DNA of 64,000 nt from Acidimicrobiia bacterium (GTDB lineage Bacteria; Actinomycetota; Acidimicrobiia; IMCC26256; JAOSJM01). The stretch spans positions 1,452,461-1,516,460 of the forward strand of contig JAOSJM010000005.1 of assembly GCA_027494165.1 (NCBI GenBank), in the 5' to 3' direction. Below are positions 11,429-20,381 of this stretch, piece by piece; the first letter of the stretch is position 1, and each line of letters starts with the position of its first letter. A program made the translations under genes and the position numbers. Under the pieces are notes generated by a model. That model had not been told where the DNA came from, did not search any database, and saw only the letters and a program-made list of their open reading frames with translations.

Positions 11429-12052
11429 GTGGCCGTTGGGTACGGTGAGCGGGTGCCGCCGAGGGTGCTCGTCGTCGACAACTACGACTCGTTCGTCTAC
11501 AACCTCGTGCAGTACCTCGGCGAGCTCGGGGCCGAGCCGGTGGTGCACCGTCACGACGCCGTCACCCTCGAGGAGATGGACGCGCTCGGGCCCGACGCCG
11601 TGCTCGTGTCGCCCGGGCCGGGCCGGCCCGGCGACGCCGGCGTCTCGAACGCGGCCATCCGGCACTTCGGCGAGCGGGGCGTACCGGTGCTGGGCGTCTG
11701 CCTGGGCCTGCAGTGCATCGGCGAGGTCTACGGGGGCCGGGTCGTCCGGGCGCCGTACGTGATGCACGGCAAGACGTCGCTGATCCACCACCGGGGCGAG
11801 GGGGTCTTCCGAGGCCTGCCCGACCCCCTCACCGCGACCCGGTACCACTCCCTCGTCGTCGACCGGGCCTCGGTCCCCGACGTGCTCGAGGTGACCGCCG
11901 AGTCGGAGGACGGGCTCGTGATGGGGCTGCGCCACCGCGACCACCCGATCGAGGGCGTCCAGTTCCACCCCGAGTCGATCCTCACCGCCGGCGGCCACGA
12001 CCTGCTCCGCAACTTCCTCGCCGCCGCCGGGACCTCCGGCGCCCACCGCTGA
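11429..12052 (+). CDS. pabA: anthranilate/aminodeoxychorismate synthase component II (glutamine amidotransferase)
   Basis: Class-I GATase motifs are present: [28 protein letters not shown] and QFHPES. Confidence 0.9.
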   Translation: MAVGYGERVPPRVLVVDNYDSFVYNLVQYLGELGAEPVVHRHDAVTLEEMDALGPDAVLVSPGPGRPGDAGVSNAAIRHFGERGVPVLGVCLGLQCIGEVYGGRVVRAPYVMHGKTSLIHHRGEGVFRGLPDPLTATRYHSLVVDRASVPDVLEVTAESEDGLVMGLRHRDHPIEGVQFHPESILTAGGHDLLRNFLAAAGTSGAHR

Positions 12053-12100
12053 ACCCGCCCGCCGGAACCTCCGGCGCCCACCGCTGACCCCGCCCGGCGG
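12030..12100. repeat. tandem ~35-bp duplication spanning the pabA stop codon
   Basis: cctccggcgcccaccgctga(a/c)cccgccc(g)ccgg occurs twice in tandem. Confidence 0.7.
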
Positions 12101-12120
12101 GCACCGGTCCCGGTTCGCGC

Positions 12121-12300
12121 TCCTCCCCCTACCCCCGGGTTGGCGCGCTTTCGGGGCTGTGGACCCCGATTCCGCACCAACCCGGCGAGGAGGAGGCGCA
12201 CCAACCCGGCGAGGGAGGGTGCGTTCCGGCCGGATGCCGTGCCCGGGTTGGCGCGCTTTCGGGGCTGTGGACCCCGATTCCGCACCAACCCGGCGAGGGG
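12121..12300. repeat. two copies of a 56-bp nested-palindromic intergenic element (locus 1 of the family)
   Basis: cccgggttggcgcgctttcggggctgtggaccccgattccgcaccaacccggcgagg appears at about 12133-12188 and 12239-12295. Outer arms GGGTTGGCGCG/CGCACCAACCC and inner arms CGGGG/CCCCG predict a hairpin. The same core recurs near 33.5 kb and 35.5 kb. Confidence 0.85.
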
Positions 12301-12309
12301 GAGGGTGCG

Positions 12310-13089
12310 TCAGGGGAGGCGGGCGAGGCCGTCCTCGACCGTGGCCAGGCCGTCGGTCGCCAGGGACGCCAGGGCCTCCCCGTCGAGCGTGCCCGTCGGG
12401 GCCGGGCCTTCCCGCAGCACGGCCAGCACCCGGCCCCGCCGCTGGCGGAACGACCCCTCGAAGCGGGCCTGGCGGGCACGCGCCTCGCCGGGCACCGGTC
12501 CCCGGCCCCGGCACCCGCCGCGCAGGGGGCACCCGTCGCAGCGGGGCTCGCCGGCCCGGCAGACCAGGCGCCCAGGTCCATGAGGGCGAGCAGCCGGTCC
12601 CGGGGCGGGAGCCCCGCCGCCACCGCCCGCTGGACCTCCTCGGCCCGGGCGTCGGTGAGCCGCTGCCCCGCCACCCGCTGCACCACCCTGCGCACGTTCA
12701 CGTCGACGGCGGCCCGGTCCGCGCCGTCGGCCTGGGCCGCCACCGCGTCCGCCGTGTACCGGCCGACGCCGGGGAGCTCGGTGAGGTCGTCGGGCCAGCC
12801 CTCGGCGGCGATCCGTGTGGCCGCCTCCCACAGCCGGCGGGCCCGGCGCGGGTAGCCCAACCGGCCCCATGCCGCGATGACCCGGCCCGGCGCGACCGCG
12901 GCCATGGCCGCGGGGCTCGGATAGCGGGCCATGAACGCCTCCCACACGGGGGTGACGCGGGAGACCTGGGTCTGCTGGAGCATCACCTCCGACACCAGCA
13001 CCGCCCACCGGTCGCGCGTCGCGCGCCACGGCAGGTCGTGGCGACCGTGGCGGCGGTACCAGGCCGCCAGCGGGCTCACGGGGCGACGG
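12310..13089 (-). CDS. mutY: HhH-GPD A/G-specific adenine DNA glycosylase (MutY-like, short form), apparent frameshift near 12565
   Basis: The N-terminal part (LAAWYRRHGRHDLPWRATRDRWAVLVSEVMLQQTQV...LTELPGVGRYTADAV) is in one frame. The Fe-S loop (LVCRAGEPRCDGCPLRGGC) is in the next frame. Adding one C in the GGCGCC(C) run gives LMDLGALVCRAG. The GTG start overlaps the pknB stop (GTGA). Confidence 0.7.
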   Translation of the reverse strand, partial: PSPREPAGGLVPPPRSPRPAVARDARPVGGAGVGGDAPADPGLPRHPRVGGVHGPLSEPRGHGRGRAGPGHRGMGPVGLPAPGPPAVGGGHTDRRRGLARRPHRAPRRRPVHGGRGGGPGRRRGPGRRRRERAQGGAAGGGAAAHRRPGRGGPAGGGGGAPAPGPAARPHGPGRLVCRAGEPRCDGCPLRGGCRGRGPVPGEARARQARFEGSFRQRRGRVLAVLREGPAPTGTLDGEALASLATDGLATVEDGLARLP

Positions 13090-14996
13090 TCGTGGTCGTC
13101 GGAGGCGGTGCCGACGTCGTCGTCGTGGGCGGGGTCTGGCCGATCTGGAGGGTGACCGTGTCCCCCAACGGCCAGGTCGTCCCGGCCACCGGGTCCTGGG
13201 CCACGACCTTCCCGGCGCTGGCCGGGTTGGCCACGGTGACCCCGACGACGACGACGTTCGTGAACCCGTCGCCGGCCAGCGCCTCCCGCGCGGCCGACTC
13301 GCTGAGGTTGACCACGTTCGGGACCCGCGCCGTCTCGGGTCCCGACGAGACGAACATCACGATCGTCTCGCCCTTGGGCACGAGCTCGCCGGCGGGCGGC
13401 TCGGTGCGGATCACCTGACCGGTCGCGAAGTCGTCGCTGGGCTCGGTGACCTGGCGAGTCACGAAGCCCCGCGCGCCGAGCTGGTTCGCGGCGGTGACCG
13501 CGTCGAGGCCCTCGACCTCGGGTACCTCGACCTGCTCGGCGACGGCGAGGAACACGGTCACCTCGGTGCCCCGCTCGAGCTCCTCGCCCACCGGGGGGTC
13601 GGTCCGGATGACCGTGCCGACGGGCCGCTCGCTCTCCTCGAACTGCGGGACGAACACCAGCCCGGCGGCCTCGATGGCCGCCCGGGCGTCGTCGGCGCTG
13701 TCGCCGACCACGTTCGGGACCTCGACGGTGCCCTGGCCCGCGCTCACCTTGAGCGTGACCGGCTGCCCCTTGCGGAGCTTGGTCCCCTCGGGAGGCTCCT
13801 GGTCGAAGACCTCGTCCTCGGGGACGTCCTCGTTGGCGACCCGCTCCTCGTCGACCTCGAAGCCGGCCTCCTCGAGGGTGGAACGGGCCTCGTCGATGGT
13901 CAGGCCGACCACGCCGGGGACGTCGGCCGTCGCCGGGCCGGAGTCGTCGCCGAGCTGGTCGACGATGAGGAAGCCGACGAGGCCGGCCAGCAGGAGGAGC
14001 ACGATCACGACGGCGGCGACGGCCCACGGGCTGCGGCGGGGCGGGGGCGGGCCGGTGCTCGTGGGACGGGGGGCCACCGGGGTCGTGGCCAGCGTCGGCG
14101 GGGCCCGCGGCGGTCGAGATCCCCGTGGTGGCCATGGCGATCTCGGCCGTGAGCGGGGTGGCCACGAGCGGGCGCCCCCGGCGGAACCGCAGGAGGTCGG
14201 CCCGCAGGTCCTCGGCCGACTGGTAGCGGGCCTCGAGGTCCTTGGCCATCGCGGTGAGGACGATGCGCTCGAGGTCGGGAGGCGTGCCGGGCATCCGCTG
14301 GGAGGGTGGGACCGGCTGCTCGCGCACGTGCTTGTAGGCCACGGCCACGGGGTTGTCGCCGGTGAACGGCGGGACGCCCGTGAGCATCTCGTAGAGGACG
14401 ACGCCCAGGCTGTAGACGTCGGAGCGGCCGTCGACGGGAAGCCCCTGGGCCTGCTCCGGCGAGAAGTAGGTGGCGGTGCCCATGACCGCGCCGGTCTGGG
14501 TGAGGGCCTCGCTGGTCCCGGCCCGGGCGATCCCGAAGTCCGTCACCTTCACCTGGCCCGACGGTGTGATGAGCACGTTGCCGGGCTTCACGTCGCGGTG
14601 CACGACCCCGCCCCGGTGGGCGTAGGAGAGCGCGCTGCCGATCTCGGCCGCCACGTCGGCGGCGGTCGAGGGGTCCAGGGGCCCGTCGGACCGGATGAGG
14701 TCACGCAGGGAGCGGCCCTCGACGTACTCCATGACGATGAAGTACGTGCCGTCCTCCTGGCCCCAGTCGTAGATGGCGACGATGTTGGGGTGGTTGAGGT
14801 TGGCCGCGGCCTGGGCCTCCCGGCGGAACCGCTCGACGAAGGACGGGTCGCGCGCGAACTCCTGGAACAGGACCTTGAGGGCGACCGGCCGGTCGAGGAG
14901 CTGGTCGCGGGCCAGGTACACCTCGGCCATCCCGCCCCGCGCGATCTCGCGCTGGATCTCGTATCGGTTCGAGAAGGTCCGGGCTCCGAGGGACAT
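13076..14996 (-). CDS. pknB: Ser/Thr protein kinase PknB with TM segment and four PASTA domains, apparent frameshift in the Pro-rich linker (~14100-14200)
   Basis: The kinase domain (YEIQREIARGGMAEVYLARD, HRDVKPGNVLI, DFGIA) is in the frame starting 14996. The TM and PASTA region (ORF 13076-14077, ...VPNVVGLTIDEARSTLEEAGF...) is in another frame. Confidence 0.8.
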
Positions 14997-15074
14997 CCGG
15001 CGACACCCTACCCGGCCGGGAACCCGCCGCCCCGGGTTCCCGTCGCGTCTCGCGGCGTGCCGGCCACGTCCCGG

Positions 15075-16526
15075 TCACACCCCCAGGAGGGCCCGGAGCA
15101 CCCGGGCCGCCACGGGGGCGGCCACCGCGCCACCGGTGGCCTCGTCACCGGCGCTCCCGCCCCGCTCGACGAGGACGGCGACGACGTACTCGGGCGCGTC
15201 GGCCGGGGCGAAGGCGACGAACCAGGCGTGGGGCGGTCCGCCGTCCTGCTGGGCGGTGCCGGTCTTGCCCGCCACCTGCACGCCCGGGATCCGGGCCGCC
15301 GTCCCGGTGCCGCGCTCGACGACCTGGACCATCATCTCGCGGATGGTGGCCGCGGTGGCCGGCGACATCGCCCGGCGCCACGGCTCCGGCGTGATGCGCC
15401 GGACGACCTGGAGGTCGGCGTCCTCGATGCGGTCGGCGACGTGGGGCTCCATGATCACGCCGTCGTTGGCCACCGCGGCGGCGACGAGGGCCATCTGGAG
15501 AGGCGTCACCGCGACGTCGCCCTGACCGATGCCGGCGAAGGCGAACAACGGCTGGTTGCGCTCGAAGGTGCCGGGCTCGGGCCCCGTGCTGGCCACCGCT
15601 CCGGGGCGGAGGTCGAGCGGTGGGGCCGAGCCGATCCCGAAGGCCTCCATGCCGGTGACGAATCCCTCGCCGAGGGCCAGGCCCAGCGCCCCGAAGGTGG
15701 TGTTGCACGAGCGGACGAAGCTCTCGACCAGGTCGCCCCCGCACACCTGGCCACCGAAGTTCCGGAGGGTGTTGGTCGTGAGGGGGAGCTCGATCTCGCG
15801 CACCGAGGGGAACTCGGTGTCGGTCTCGACGACCCCCTGCTCGAGACCCACCGCGGTGGTGACGATCTTGAAGGTGGACCCGGCCGGGTAGATCTCCCGG
15901 TAGGCGCGGGCGAGCGCCGGCTGGTCGGGGTTGGCGTTCAGGAGGGTCCAGTACGCCTCGACCTCGGGCTGGGAGTGGCCGGCCAGGGGCTGGGGGTCGA
16001 ACGACGGGTTCGAGTACATGGCCACGATCGCCCCCGTCCCCGGCTCGAGCACGACGACCGAGCCGTGCTGGTCGCCGAGGGCGTCGCGTGCCACCTCCTG
16101 GATGTCGGCGCGGACGGAGAGCACCACGGTCCCGGTCGCGTCCTGCTCGCCGAAGAGGTCGGCCAGTCCGCGGAGGGCCAGCTCGAGGTCGCGCCCGACG
16201 AGCTCGTCGTTGTAGAAGGCCTCGACGCCCGTGTTGCCGTACAGGAACGACTGGTAGCCGGCGACGTGGGAGAGCAGTGGACCGAGCGGGTAGACCCGCT
16301 GTCGTTCGAGCTCGTCGTCGGTAGGTTCGGAGCGTGCCACCTCACGCCCGTCGGCGGTGAGGATGCGCCCGCGCGGCCGTGCGTAGTCGCGAACGAGCGC
16401 ACGCACGTTGAGGGGGTCGTTCTCGAGCGTCTCGGCCGAGAAGACCTGGAGGTGGACGAGCTGCCCCACCAGGGCGAGGAACAGCACGACGACCGCGACG
16501 CCGACCCGTCGGATGCCGCGGTTCAT
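15075..16526 (-). CDS. pbpA: class B penicillin-binding protein (PbpA, transpeptidase)
   Basis: Starts at ATG 16524-16526 (MNRGIRRVGVAVVVLF...). Transpeptidase motifs STFK, SCN and KTGT are present. The start overlaps the rodA stop (ATGA). Confidence 0.88.
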   Translation of the reverse strand: MNRGIRRVGVAVVVLFLALVGQLVHLQVFSAETLENDPLNVRALVRDYARPRGRILTADGREVARSEPTDDELERQRVYPLGPLLSHVAGYQSFLYGNTGVEAFYNDELVGRDLELALRGLADLFGEQDATGTVVLSVRADIQEVARDALGDQHGSVVVLEPGTGAIVAMYSNPSFDPQPLAGHSQPEVEAYWTLLNANPDQPALARAYREIYPAGSTFKIVTTAVGLEQGVVETDTEFPSVREIELPLTTNTLRNFGGQVCGGDLVESFVRSCNTTFGALGLALGEGFVTGMEAFGIGSAPPLDLRPGAVASTGPEPGTFERNQPLFAFAGIGQGDVAVTPLQMALVAAAVANDGVIMEPHVADRIEDADLQVVRRITPEPWRRAMSPATAATIREMMVQVVERGTGTAARIPGVQVAGKTGTAQQDGGPPHAWFVAFAPADAPEYVVAVLVERGGSAGDEATGGAVAAPVAARVLRALLGV

Positions 16527-17857
16527 CGCGTCACCGCGGACACGGCCCGGGCCGCCGGGGCCTCGGCCTCGGCGTCGGCGGCGGTCTCGTCCGAGATGCG
16601 GAGCAGCAGGGCGAGGATCACGAAGTTGGCCACGAGCGACGACCCGCCGTAGGAGACGAAGGGGAGGGTGATCCCGGTGAGCGGGATGAGGCGGGTCACG
16701 CCCCCGAGGATGAGGAGCGTCTGCACTCCGACGATGGTGGTGAGGCCGGCGGCGAAGAGCTTGGCGAAGGGGCGCTCGGCCTGGACGGCGATCCGGTACC
16801 CGCTGCCCACGAGGAGCAGAAAGGCGATCACCATCCCCACGGTCCCGAGCAGGCCGAGCTCCTCCCCGACCGCCGCGAACACGAAGTCGGTGGCGGCGTT
16901 GGGGATCTTGTCGGGGCTCCCGAGACCGAGTCCCGTGCCGGCGAAGCCGCCGGTCCCGAAGGCGAACAGCGACTGCAGGATCTGGTAGCCGGTGCCCTGG
17001 GGGTCGGCCCAGGGGTCGAGCCAGGTCTCGACCCTTACCTGCACGTGGTCGAAGAGCTGGTAGGCGATCGAGGCTCCGGCGGCGAACAGGACCAGACCAC
17101 CCAGGAGGTACGCGGCCCGGTTCGTCGCCATGTAGAGCATGGCCGCGAACACGGCGAAGAACAGCAGCGAGGACCCCAGGTCCTTCTCCTGGATCATCAC
17201 CACCATCGAGACGCCCCAGGCGAGGGCGAGCGGGCCGAGGTGGCGGGGATCGGGCAGCATGAGCCGGCCCAGCCGGCGGTTCCCCGCGGCGAGGAGCTCG
17301 CGCCGCTCGACGAGGTAGGCGGCGAAGAAGACCACCAGGAGGACCTTGGCGGCCTCTCCGGGCTGGAAGTTCAACGGACCCGCCCGCACCCACAGGCGGC
17401 TGCCGTTCACCTCACGGCCGATGCCGGGGACGAGAGGTGCCAGCAGGCACACGATCCCGAGGAGGGCGAAGCTGTAGCGGTAGCGCTCGAGCACCCTGGT
17501 CCGGCGCACGAGGAGCAGCGTGGCGACGAACGCCCCGACACCCACGGCCGTCCAGGTGGCCTGGGCGGCGGCGAGGTCCTGGTCGAGCCGGGAGATGGCG
17601 ACGAAGCCGAGGCCGTTGAGGAGGGCGGCGAGCGGGAGGAGGGTGGCGTCGGCCCGGGGGGCCAGGCGGCGCACGGCGAGGTGGGCGGCGAGCAACAGAC
17701 CGACCACGACGGCCAGGAACCCCCAGATCCCGGCGGGCATGTCCGGGTCCTCGGCCAGGGCCGTGAGGACGTAGCCCCCCGCAGTCAGCAGCACGGCCAG
17801 CAGGCCGAGGCCAAGCTCGCGCGTGCGGCGGGCGCGGGCCAGAGGGCTCGGGCTCAC
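16523..17857 (-). CDS. rodA: SEDS-family peptidoglycan glycosyltransferase RodA/FtsW
   Basis: 444-aa polytopic membrane protein with FtsW/RodA signatures (GIGREVNGSRLWV, PLTGITLPFVSYGGSS). Confidence 0.88.
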   Translation of the reverse strand: MSPSPLARARRTRELGLGLLAVLLTAGGYVLTALAEDPDMPAGIWGFLAVVVGLLLAAHLAVRRLAPRADATLLPLAALLNGLGFVAISRLDQDLAAAQATWTAVGVGAFVATLLLVRRTRVLERYRYSFALLGIVCLLAPLVPGIGREVNGSRLWVRAGPLNFQPGEAAKVLLVVFFAAYLVERRELLAAGNRRLGRLMLPDPRHLGPLALAWGVSMVVMIQEKDLGSSLLFFAVFAAMLYMATNRAAYLLGGLVLFAAGASIAYQLFDHVQVRVETWLDPWADPQGTGYQILQSLFAFGTGGFAGTGLGLGSPDKIPNAATDFVFAAVGEELGLLGTVGMVIAFLLLVGSGYRIAVQAERPFAKLFAAGLTTIVGVQTLLILGGVTRLIPLTGITLPFVSYGGSSLVANFVILALLLRISDETAADAEAEAPAARAVSAVTR

Positions 17858-19076
17858 GTGGTGGGCGCTCCCGGGGCCGCTCCGTCGGCCGGGGTCGCGG
17901 TGGTCGGCGGCGCCGTGTCCGGCGCGGTCGTGGTCACGGTGGTGGTCGTGGCCGCGTCCCGTTCCTCGGCGTCACGCTCGAGCCGGGCGACGAACGCCTC
18001 GGCGCCGGAACGGGAGGAGAAGCGGTGGCCGCCGTCGAGGTCCCGGAGCTGGGCCTCGGTGAGGTCGTCGGTGGTGAGGTCGGCTCGCTCCTCGAGGGTC
18101 GGATCCCACCAGAGGAGTCCCCCGGGGACCCCCCGGTAGAGGGCCACCTGCTCGCCGTCGAGGCCCACGTAGTAGGGCCGGCGGGCGAACCAGCCGACCG
18201 CTCCGACGGCGACCCCGACCACGACGAGGACCGGCAGGGCGGCGAGGAGCAGCCGTCCGGCGCGCCGGGTCACGCGCCGGCGGAGAGGAGGAGGCGGCGG
18301 GGGGGCGGCCGAGGGGGCCTCGGGGAGCTCCTCGACCCGGGGAGGTCGTGCTGCCACCGCCGGGGGTCGTCACCGTCCTCCACGTCGACCACGACGACGG
18401 TGATGTTGTCCTCGCCCCCCGCCGCGTTGGCGGTGTCGACGAGGGCCCGGGCGGCACGCTCGGCGTCGTCCTCGCGCCGGAGGACCGTCGCGACGCCGTC
18501 GGGGCGGACCATCGAGGTGAGTCCGTCGGAGCAGAGCAGCACCCGGTCACCGGGCCGGAGCTCGACCGAGTACAGGTCGACCTCGACCTCGGCGTCGACC
18601 CCGAGGGCGCGGGTGATGATCGAGCGGTGCGGGTGGACCGTGGCCTGCTCGGGGGTGAGCCGGCCCTCGCGCACCAGCTCCTCCACCAGGCTGTGGTCGA
18701 CGGTCACCTGGCGGAGCTCGCCGTCGCGCAACACGTAGGCGCGCGAGTCGCCCACGTGGGCGACCAGGAGGGTCCCCCCGGCGGCCAGGGTGGCGGCGGT
18801 GAGCGTGGTCCCCATCCCGGCCAGCTCGGCGTCGCCGGCGGCCTTCTCGTGGACCGCGGCGTTGGCGGCGAGCACCGCGTCCCGTACCGCGCTCCCGGCC
18901 GCGACCGACGCCCGGAGGGCCTCGAGGGCGGTGGCGCTGGCGACCTCGCCCGCCCGGTGCCCGCCCATCCCGTCGGCGACGGCGTACAGGCCGACCCGCT
19001 CGTCGACGAGGAAGCCGTCCTCGTTCTCCTCCCGGACCCGCCCGACGTCGGTCGCGCCCCGCGCCGTGAGCCTCAT
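17854..19076 (-). CDS. pstP: PP2C Ser/Thr phosphatase PstP with C-terminal TM and extracellular domain, apparent frameshift near 18300-18360
   Basis: The PP2C domain (ORF 18270-19076: VADGMGGHRAGEVAS...GGEDNITVVVVD) is in one frame. The TM and extracytoplasmic tail (ORF 17854-18357: RRRVTRRAGRLLLAALPVLVVVGVAV...YYVGLDGEQVALYRGVPGGL) is in another. Confidence 0.8.
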
Positions 19077-19101
19077 CCCTCGCTCCCCGGCGCGCCGCCG
19101 T

Positions 19102-19560
19102 TCAACGGACGACCTCCCCGACCGTCTGGCCGAACTGGACCCGGTCGCCCCGTCGCAGGCGGGTGGGGGACTCGATCCGCTGCCCGTTCACGAGGGTCCC
19201 GTTCGTGGAGCCGAGGTCCTCGACCCACGTGTGGCCGTCGCGGGAGAACAGCCGGGCGTGCACCTGCGACACGTACGTGTCGTCGGCGAGCACGAGCGCG
19301 CAGCCCCCGGCCCGGCCCACCGTCAGCTCGTCGCCGATCGTGTGGACCTCGTCGCGCCGTGACGGCGGTTCGAGGAGGCGGAGGCGCGGGCCTCGCCGGG
19401 TGGACCGGCGGCGTCCCTCGGCTGACGGCTCCGGTGGTGCGGGCACGGTGACCGGAGCGGCCCGCAGCTCGAGCGTCACGACCCGGACGACGCGCAGCAG
19501 GAACAGGAACAGCAGCGCGAGGAAGCAGATCTTGAGGACGGTGAGCAACGATTCGGACAT
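19102..19560 (-). CDS. fhaB: FHA-domain membrane protein FhaB/FipA
   Basis: Starts MSESLLTVLKICFLALLFLFLL (TM helix) and ends in an FHA domain (GRAGGCALVLADDTYVSQVHARLF...GSTNGTLVNG). Confidence 0.85.
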   Translation of the reverse strand: MSESLLTVLKICFLALLFLFLLRVVRVVTLELRAAPVTVPAPPEPSAEGRRRSTRRGPRLRLLEPPSRRDEVHTIGDELTVGRAGGCALVLADDTYVSQVHARLFSRDGHTWVEDLGSTNGTLVNGQRIESPTRLRRGDRVQFGQTVGEVVR

Positions 19561-19571
19561 GCCCGCCCCCG

Positions 19572-20225
19572 CTACGAGGCCTCGAACCTGATGGTGGTCT
19601 CGCCCACGCCGATCGCGTCGCCGTCGGCGAGCGCGTGCTCGCGGACCTGCACGCCGTTCACCGTGGTCCCGTTCGTGGAGCCGAGGTCGCGCAGGACGTA
19701 GCCGTCGAGGTCGGGATGGACCTCGGCGTGGCGGCGGGAGACCCGCGGGTCCTCGATCGTGATCGTGCACTCGGCGAGCCGCCCGATGGTGGCGGGCTCC
19801 TCACCGAGGCCGACGCGCTGGCCGTCGGGGAGCACCAGCGCTCCCACCCGACCCCCCGCGCCCTCGGCGATGTCGGCCAGGAGGTCGAGGTCGCCCCGGC
19901 GGAGACCCGGGTCGACGACGAGCTCGACGGTGACCGGGCCCACGAAGTGGTAACCCTCCTCGTGGGCGTGGTTCCGGGCCGCCTCGACCAGCTCGCGGAC
20001 CAACGCGTCGTGGAAGGAGCCGAACCGCTCCGCGTCCTCCTGGGAGAGGAGCACCGTGACCCGGTTGGGGGCGACGGTCCCGCGCAGGCCGACCGTCCGC
20101 CCGGAGTCCATGGCCCGGACCATCTTCCGGCCGATCTCCACGGGTTGGAGGCCGGACCGGAACGCCTTCGTGAAGGCACCCTCGACCAGCCGCTCGAGCC
20201 GGCGCTCGAAGCTCTGGAGTCCCAC
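19572..20225 (-). CDS. fhaA: FHA-domain protein FhaA (DUF3662 N-terminal + FHA)
   Basis: GTG start gives VGLQSFERRLERLVEGAFTKAFRSGLQPVEIGRKM (DUF3662) followed by a C-terminal FHA domain (TIGRLAECTITIEDPRVSRRHAEV...GSTNGTTVNG). Confidence 0.8.
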   Translation of the reverse strand: MGLQSFERRLERLVEGAFTKAFRSGLQPVEIGRKMVRAMDSGRTVGLRGTVAPNRVTVLLSQEDAERFGSFHDALVRELVEAARNHAHEEGYHFVGPVTVELVVDPGLRRGDLDLLADIAEGAGGRVGALVLPDGQRVGLGEEPATIGRLAECTITIEDPRVSRRHAEVHPDLDGYVLRDLGSTNGTTVNGVQVREHALADGDAIGVGETTIRFEAS

Positions 20226-20381
20226 GACCGGCGAGTGTACCGGCGGTCCGGCACGGCCCACGGGGTCTGCCGGCGCGCCCCGCGCGCCCGGTGATCGCGT
20301 TGGCGGGGCGGCGGTGGCGGCATAGCGTGGGGGTGCCGGCGCCATCACCGGCGGCCGGGTCGGCGTCGAACGGGCAGGTCG

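Noticed and set aside
12129-14996. Single 955-aa ORF read as one giant kinase-glycosylase fusion protein
   Set aside because: The middle third is junk in this frame. The PASTA domains and the glycosylase Fe-S loop are in other frames. The data are better explained as two genes (pknB, mutY), each with a homopolymer frameshift.
13446-16652. 1068-aa plus-strand ORF antisense to pknB and pbpA
   Set aside because: No recognisable domains and an Arg/Gly/Asp-rich composition. It overlaps two strongly supported minus-strand genes. This is a GC-content artefact.
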